Positions 59,648-64,000 of a stretch of DNA of 64,000 nt are shown in pieces. The stretch comes from Candidatus Culexmicrobium cathedralense (GTDB taxonomy: Archaea; Thermoproteota; Methanomethylicia; Culexarchaeales; Culexmicrobiaceae), in assembly GCA_025061115.1 (NCBI GenBank), contig JANZKC010000001.1:256001-320000 (forward strand), written 5' to 3'. The notes below the pieces were generated by a model. It ran no database searches. It was given only the letters and a program-made list of their open reading frames with translations, and was not told the DNA's origin. Each line of letters starts with the position of its first letter. The first letter of the stretch is position 1. The translations under genes and the position numbers were made by a program.

Positions 59648-61030
59648 TCACTTTACCCTAACAATTTTAATTGTATGCTCATACTCCTCAAGTATGCCGT
59701 AGGTTAATACGGCTATTTCGCCGGTTTTCAGCTCTCCAAGCTTAATGAGCTTCATGTAGGTTGCATCAACCCCTTCATGGTAATCCTTAGCCTCAACTCT
59801 AAGAGGCTTAATGCCCCACACTATAGCCAGCTTCCTCAAGGTTTTAATATTATTTGAAGCTGCATAGAATGGAGTTGCCGGCCTAAACCTAGCTATTCTT
59901 AAAGCAGTTCTACCCATCTTAGTGTAAACTGCTAATTTTGCGTTTAATGATTCAGATAATACAACTACGCTATATGCAAAGCTTAACTTCACATCTCCAA
60001 CTCCTAGAGATGGGCGGCTCACCATCACCTTCGAATCATAAGCATCAATTATTCTCTTAAGCCACTTAACCGCCTCCAATGGATGCTCACCAATAGCAGT
60101 TTCCCCCGTAAGCATTATCGCATCAGCACCCTCACTGATCGCATTAACTACATCCGTAACTTCAGCCCTCGTAGGAGATGGATTTTCAATCATCGATGAA
60201 AGAACTTGAGTAGCCACGATAACAGGCTTCCCCATCCTTAAGCATTCATCTATAATTTTCCTCTGAAGCAAAGGAACTTTCTCCAGTGGAAATTGCATTC
60301 CCAAGTCGCCTCTTGCAACCAAGATTGCATCCGACAATCTAACTACATCAGACAAATGATTCACTCCGCCAACGCTTTCAATTTTCGCCATGACTCCAAT
60401 TTCATTAGCCCCAAACTCATCAAGAATATCTCTGAGAAGCCTAATGTCCTCCCCACTCTTAACGTAGCTTAAAGCTATATAGTCAAAGTCATTTTTAACT
60501 GCAAATTTTATGCAATTCAAATCTCTATCACTTATTGTTGGAACAGGAATTTCCTTCCCTCTAATCACAACCCCCTTATTCGAAGTCAGCCTACCAGCCG
60601 TCAAGGCCTTAACCCTAACTTCCCCCTCGCCTAGACCATCAACCTCGAATATGAGGTTACCATCATCCATTAAAATTAAATCACCAACTTCAACAACCTC
60701 AAAGAACTCCTTAACAGGTAATGGAATAGTCTTACTTTCAACATCTCCTGAGCCCTTAAGCTTAAACTTCAACTCATCCCCAAATTTAAAGCGAATCTCA
60801 CCAGGTAATTTTCCAATTCTAACAGAGCCGCCCCTCAAATCTCCAATTAGAGCTATTGGCCTTAAAACTTCACCATCAGCTTTTCTAACCGCCCTAACAT
60901 ATTTGGCCCACTCTTTCTGATCAGCATGGCTAAAATTCACTCTCAATCCAGATGCTCCAGCTAAAACAATCTCCTTAATTAGATTTGCAGATGAAGGGCC
61001 AATAGTAGCTATAATTTTAACTTTGCTCAA
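59648..61030 (-). CDS. pyk: Pyruvate kinase
   Basis: KIIATIGP, NFSH, AKIE, VARGDLG, ATQ, PTRAE, TGETA. Confidence 0.96.
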   Translation of the reverse strand: MSKVKIIATIGPSSANLIKEIVLAGASGLRVNFSHADQKEWAKYVRAVRKADGEVLRPIALIGDLRGGSVRIGKLPGEIRFKFGDELKFKLKGSGDVESKTIPLPVKEFFEVVEVGDLILMDDGNLIFEVDGLGEGEVRVKALTAGRLTSNKGVVIRGKEIPVPTISDRDLNCIKFAVKNDFDYIALSYVKSGEDIRLLRDILDEFGANEIGVMAKIESVGGVNHLSDVVRLSDAILVARGDLGMQFPLEKVPLLQRKIIDECLRMGKPVIVATQVLSSMIENPSPTRAEVTDVVNAISEGADAIMLTGETAIGEHPLEAVKWLKRIIDAYDSKVMVSRPSLGVGDVKLSFAYSVVVLSESLNAKLAVYTKMGRTALRIARFRPATPFYAASNNIKTLRKLAIVWGIKPLRVEAKDYHEGVDATYMKLIKLGELKTGEIAVLTYGILEEYEHTIKIVRVK

Positions 61031-61150
61031 CTGGGCACCTCCTGCGCTTCTAGCCAGAATATAAGAACCATGAGGAGCTTAAAGAGATTGTGGCGAAATG
61101 AAAATAATGCTACCGTTAAAAATAGAAATTTGAAATTTGCTTTAAAATAA

Positions 61151-62092
61151 GTGAGGGAAGGCATGGATAGCAAGAAACTTGAATTTTGGGGCAAGAGCAG
61201 CCTAGTTGAAATGACTTCCAAGGAGCTGAAGATATACTTAGGCTGGGACCAAATAGTACTACCGCTAATATTCACTCAAAGCAGAGTGCCAACCAAAGTT
61301 ATACCGCTAAGCAGGATAAGGCGCATAAACCTTCGAAACGACATTAGGGTTGAAATTACTTGGGATGAAGCCGACGAGTCCGGCGTAATTTATAGAACTA
61401 TGCAAATAGAAATTGAGCTTCACAAGAACGATGCAAATAGGCTTTATCATGCCCTCCTCGACATAATGAAGGGCGTAAGCTTCAACAGAATAGTAGAGCG
61501 GTACTCACCTGAAGCTAAGCCGAAAAATGTGATTAGAGATGAAGAAGTCGTCATAATCTTCAATGACCACCACAAAATCGCATCAATAATTGAGCCCGAA
61601 ATCTATGAAAACTTCTATGAGGAAAAGGGAAAAAGGCTATTAATGCTCAAGCGAGGCGGCATATTTGTACCTAAACCAAAAACATACCTTCCACCACACA
61701 TCAAGCAAAGCATCCCATACTCAGAAGTGCAAAAAGTTGAACCTCCAGTTAAAAGAAATGGCAAATACGTGGTCAACGTGAGTCTAATTAATGGAGAAAC
61801 AATAAAAGTCAAATTCAACGACATTGGAAATGCAATTAATTTCCACCAAATGCTAAATAGCAGAGCATCAAAAGTAGAAAGAAGAGGAATTCAATTAAAG
61901 CCAACTACAGGCAAAACCCTAGCTGTAGGAGGAGTATTGTTCATAGCTTCATACTGGCTATTAACAAGCATTATAAGATTACCATCGAGAACTGCAAGCA
62001 TCTATGCACTAATGATCTGCCTACTTGGAATAGCAACTTCATGGCTTTTAAAGAGAAAAAGTGAAGGCTTCGCTACATCAGGTTACAAGTAG
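61151..62092 (+). CDS. Hypothetical membrane protein, paralog of 1328..2308
   Basis: Colinear shared motifs; two C-terminal TM helices. Confidence 0.7.
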   Translation: MREGMDSKKLEFWGKSSLVEMTSKELKIYLGWDQIVLPLIFTQSRVPTKVIPLSRIRRINLRNDIRVEITWDEADESGVIYRTMQIEIELHKNDANRLYHALLDIMKGVSFNRIVERYSPEAKPKNVIRDEEVVIIFNDHHKIASIIEPEIYENFYEEKGKRLLMLKRGGIFVPKPKTYLPPHIKQSIPYSEVQKVEPPVKRNGKYVVNVSLINGETIKVKFNDIGNAINFHQMLNSRASKVERRGIQLKPTTGKTLAVGGVLFIASYWLLTSIIRLPSRTASIYALMICLLGIATSWLLKRKSEGFATSGYK

Positions 62093-63544
62093 ATGAAGCA
62101 AGCCACCTTGAACCGCCCTTCTAAACTCCAGTGCAATTCTATCGCCTAAACTCATTCTCCTTGCATATCTTGCATTGACATACTGCCCGCCAATTCCCAT
62201 GTGAACGTTAGTTCCTCCCCCATGCCTTAAAGCAAGATCCTGAGTAACTGGAATGTGCATTGGAGCCTCAGCCTTAGAGGTATCGTAGAGCCCAAAGCTC
62301 AACTCATCAACAGCAATTTGAGGCTTTAAACTAGCAGGCAAACCATACTCGCTGGGCAAACCCCAAGTTATTAGGGTCTGCAAGCACCATGCACCAATAA
62401 TTCCAGGAGGCTCATGCTCCCTCAAAGTAAGTATCAATCTATTTGCGCACCTAAGCACATCCTTCAACAGCGACTCCCTAATGCTTACAAGCGCGTGAAG
62501 CGTAACTTCAAATGATGGAGTGATCTTCTCCAACAGCTTTAACTGCACATCCGCGGGAAGCCTCTTCAACCCATCAAGAATGGTTTCTCTACGCTCATCA
62601 ATAGATAGAAACTCATTAGCCAAGCAGGTTCTCGCTTCATCCAACATCAACTTATAAAGCTTAGCATAAAACTCCTCTACGCTTCCCCAGCTCTTCAACT
62701 CATTCAATGGTGAGAAGAAGAAGTTGAAGTTAGCGTGTGGCCCCAAAATCAGCTCTTCAACCCTAGCATGCTTCAAGCACTCCAAAGTTAGCTCTCCACG
62801 CTCAATCGCCCTCTCAACCCTTAATTCCAAATCCTCCGAATCCGCAGCGAAAATGAAAGCTCTCTCAAACTCGCGCTCAGGATGAGGAGCCTTCAAAATT
62901 AATGGCCTATCAACTCGCTCTTTAAGGGAAATGCCGCTCGCAGTAACTTTAAACTCAATAGCTTTTGGATATGGTATTCCAGCCTTCTCCAAAAACCAAT
63001 AATAATCCCTCTCAATACCTCTATTCTCAATTTTTAGAAGCCTTCTAGACCCAAAGATCGGTACGGAAAAGTCATTCTCAATTTTAGAGCAATAGTCGTC
63101 TCCACCCACATAAACGGTGAAAGCCCTATTTGGAATTTGAACTGCTTCAAGCTCAATCAACTCATCAACATGCTTGAGAATTTCATCATACCTGTCAAGC
63201 ACTAGAATAGCGTACCTCCACTTCCTCCCCTTCAAGTCCTTTAAATCGCTAACAACATGAACATCCCTTGAAACAACTGCGGGAAGATCCTCAATAAACT
63301 CATCAGGCTTCCCAGCAATAGCATTTTGAAGATAAATTACTGCTCTCTCCCTAGTAGTGTAAATTATTGCTTTAAGGCCGTAATCCCTAGCTCCACTCCA
63401 AGCATCAAGTGCAGAGTGGGAACCAATAATAAGCATGCTTGGATTCTCATAGCTCTTTGCTATTTCCTGCATTTCCAACCTATCAATCAACGCATCATCT
63501 CCTCCATCACGAAGAAGCTGAAGATTCATAACGCGTATGTCCAA
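62078..63544 (-). CDS. PurP-like ATP-grasp protein (FAICAR synthetase family, long variant)
   Basis: IGSHSALD, PNRAF..YVG, FGSR..LKIE, RHGGGTN, RIALE; divergent from purB. Confidence 0.85.
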   Translation of the reverse strand: MDIRVMNLQLLRDGGDDALIDRLEMQEIAKSYENPSMLIIGSHSALDAWSGARDYGLKAIIYTTRERAVIYLQNAIAGKPDEFIEDLPAVVSRDVHVVSDLKDLKGRKWRYAILVLDRYDEILKHVDELIELEAVQIPNRAFTVYVGGDDYCSKIENDFSVPIFGSRRLLKIENRGIERDYYWFLEKAGIPYPKAIEFKVTASGISLKERVDRPLILKAPHPEREFERAFIFAADSEDLELRVERAIERGELTLECLKHARVEELILGPHANFNFFFSPLNELKSWGSVEEFYAKLYKLMLDEARTCLANEFLSIDERRETILDGLKRLPADVQLKLLEKITPSFEVTLHALVSIRESLLKDVLRCANRLILTLREHEPPGIIGAWCLQTLITWGLPSEYGLPASLKPQIAVDELSFGLYDTSKAEAPMHIPVTQDLALRHGGGTNVHMGIGGQYVNARYARRMSLGDRIALEFRRAVQGGLLHLLVT

Positions 63545-63716
63545 CGGAATGCCGGTCCAATAAGCAATCTTAATAAATTTAATATAAGCTTAACCTTACA
63601 AAATCACATAAATTTTAAACAATCAATTAAAATTTGGGAAGTGGACACAACTTAAAATATGGAGAAGCCAAGTATTATTCGGCGAATCATGTTCAAGATC
63701 CGATTGAGGTGAATCC

Positions 63717-64000
63717 ATGAGCATTAAATTTGAATCAACCCCTGTATGTCCACTAGAATGGAGGTATGGAAGCCAAGAAATGAAAAGGCTATTCACCAAG
63801 GAAAACCTCCTAAGAGTCAGGCTAATGGTTGAAGCTGCACTTGCACACGGCTTGGCAGCCTCAGGAATAATAGATCCAAAAGCAGCTGAAGAAATTGAAA
63901 GGGCCATTGGAAAAGTGGATTTGAAAAGGGTTGAAGAGATAGAGGCAAAAATAGGTCACGACATCATGGCTCTAGCTTTAAGCTTAGCAGAAGCAGCAGG
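63717..64000 (+). CDS. purB: Adenylosuccinate lyase, 3'-truncated by window edge
   Basis: Manual translation CPLEWRYGSQEMKRLF...VEAALA...IGHDIMAL; GAGGTGA RBS. Confidence 0.92.
   Translation, partial: MSIKFESTPVCPLEWRYGSQEMKRLFTKENLLRVRLMVEAALAHGLAASGIIDPKAAEEIERAIGKVDLKRVEEIEAKIGHDIMALALSLAEAA

Noticed and set aside
310-63907. Many 60-180 aa antisense or overlapping ORFs in the track
   Set aside because: They overlap well-supported genes and show no motifs.
1-64000. tRNA/rRNA genes, transposases, integrases, reverse transcriptase, TIGR-like tandem arrays, global amber recoding
   Set aside because: None recognised by eye; the C/D units are single rather than tandem; TAG terminates several intact genes.

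Overview
AT-rich archaeal chromosomal window, probably from Thermoproteota. This is inferred from the ATTGAAAG-ending 26-nt CRISPR repeat, a type I-A module with Csa3/Csa5, archaemetzincin, a PurP-like gene and GGTGA ribosome-binding sites. Most of it is housekeeping and accessory genes: phosphohexomutase, two radical SAM enzymes, two HhH-GPD glycosylases, peptidases, TldD/PmbA, speE, pyk and purB. There are two CRISPR arrays with an identical repeat (13 and 18 copies) and homologous leaders, both transcribed leftward. Array 2 follows a complete type I-A interference operon (csa3-csa5-cas7-cas5-cas8a-cas3'-cas3''-cas6). Array 1 has only cas4, a secreted unknown protein and vapBC, and no cas1 or cas2 is in the window. 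Signals missing from the ORF track: a divergent pair of box C/D guide sRNAs at 39.57-39.79 kb (one with a 5' flank complementary to both of its own guides), abrupt transcription-independent A+C to G+T skew flips with origin-like polarity, spacers apparently biased to give mRNA-antisense crRNAs, a possible degenerate mini-array before vapBC, two genes broken by a single TAG at a probable Trp codon, and several decayed genes. All family assignments come from motif recognition by eye; no searches were run.
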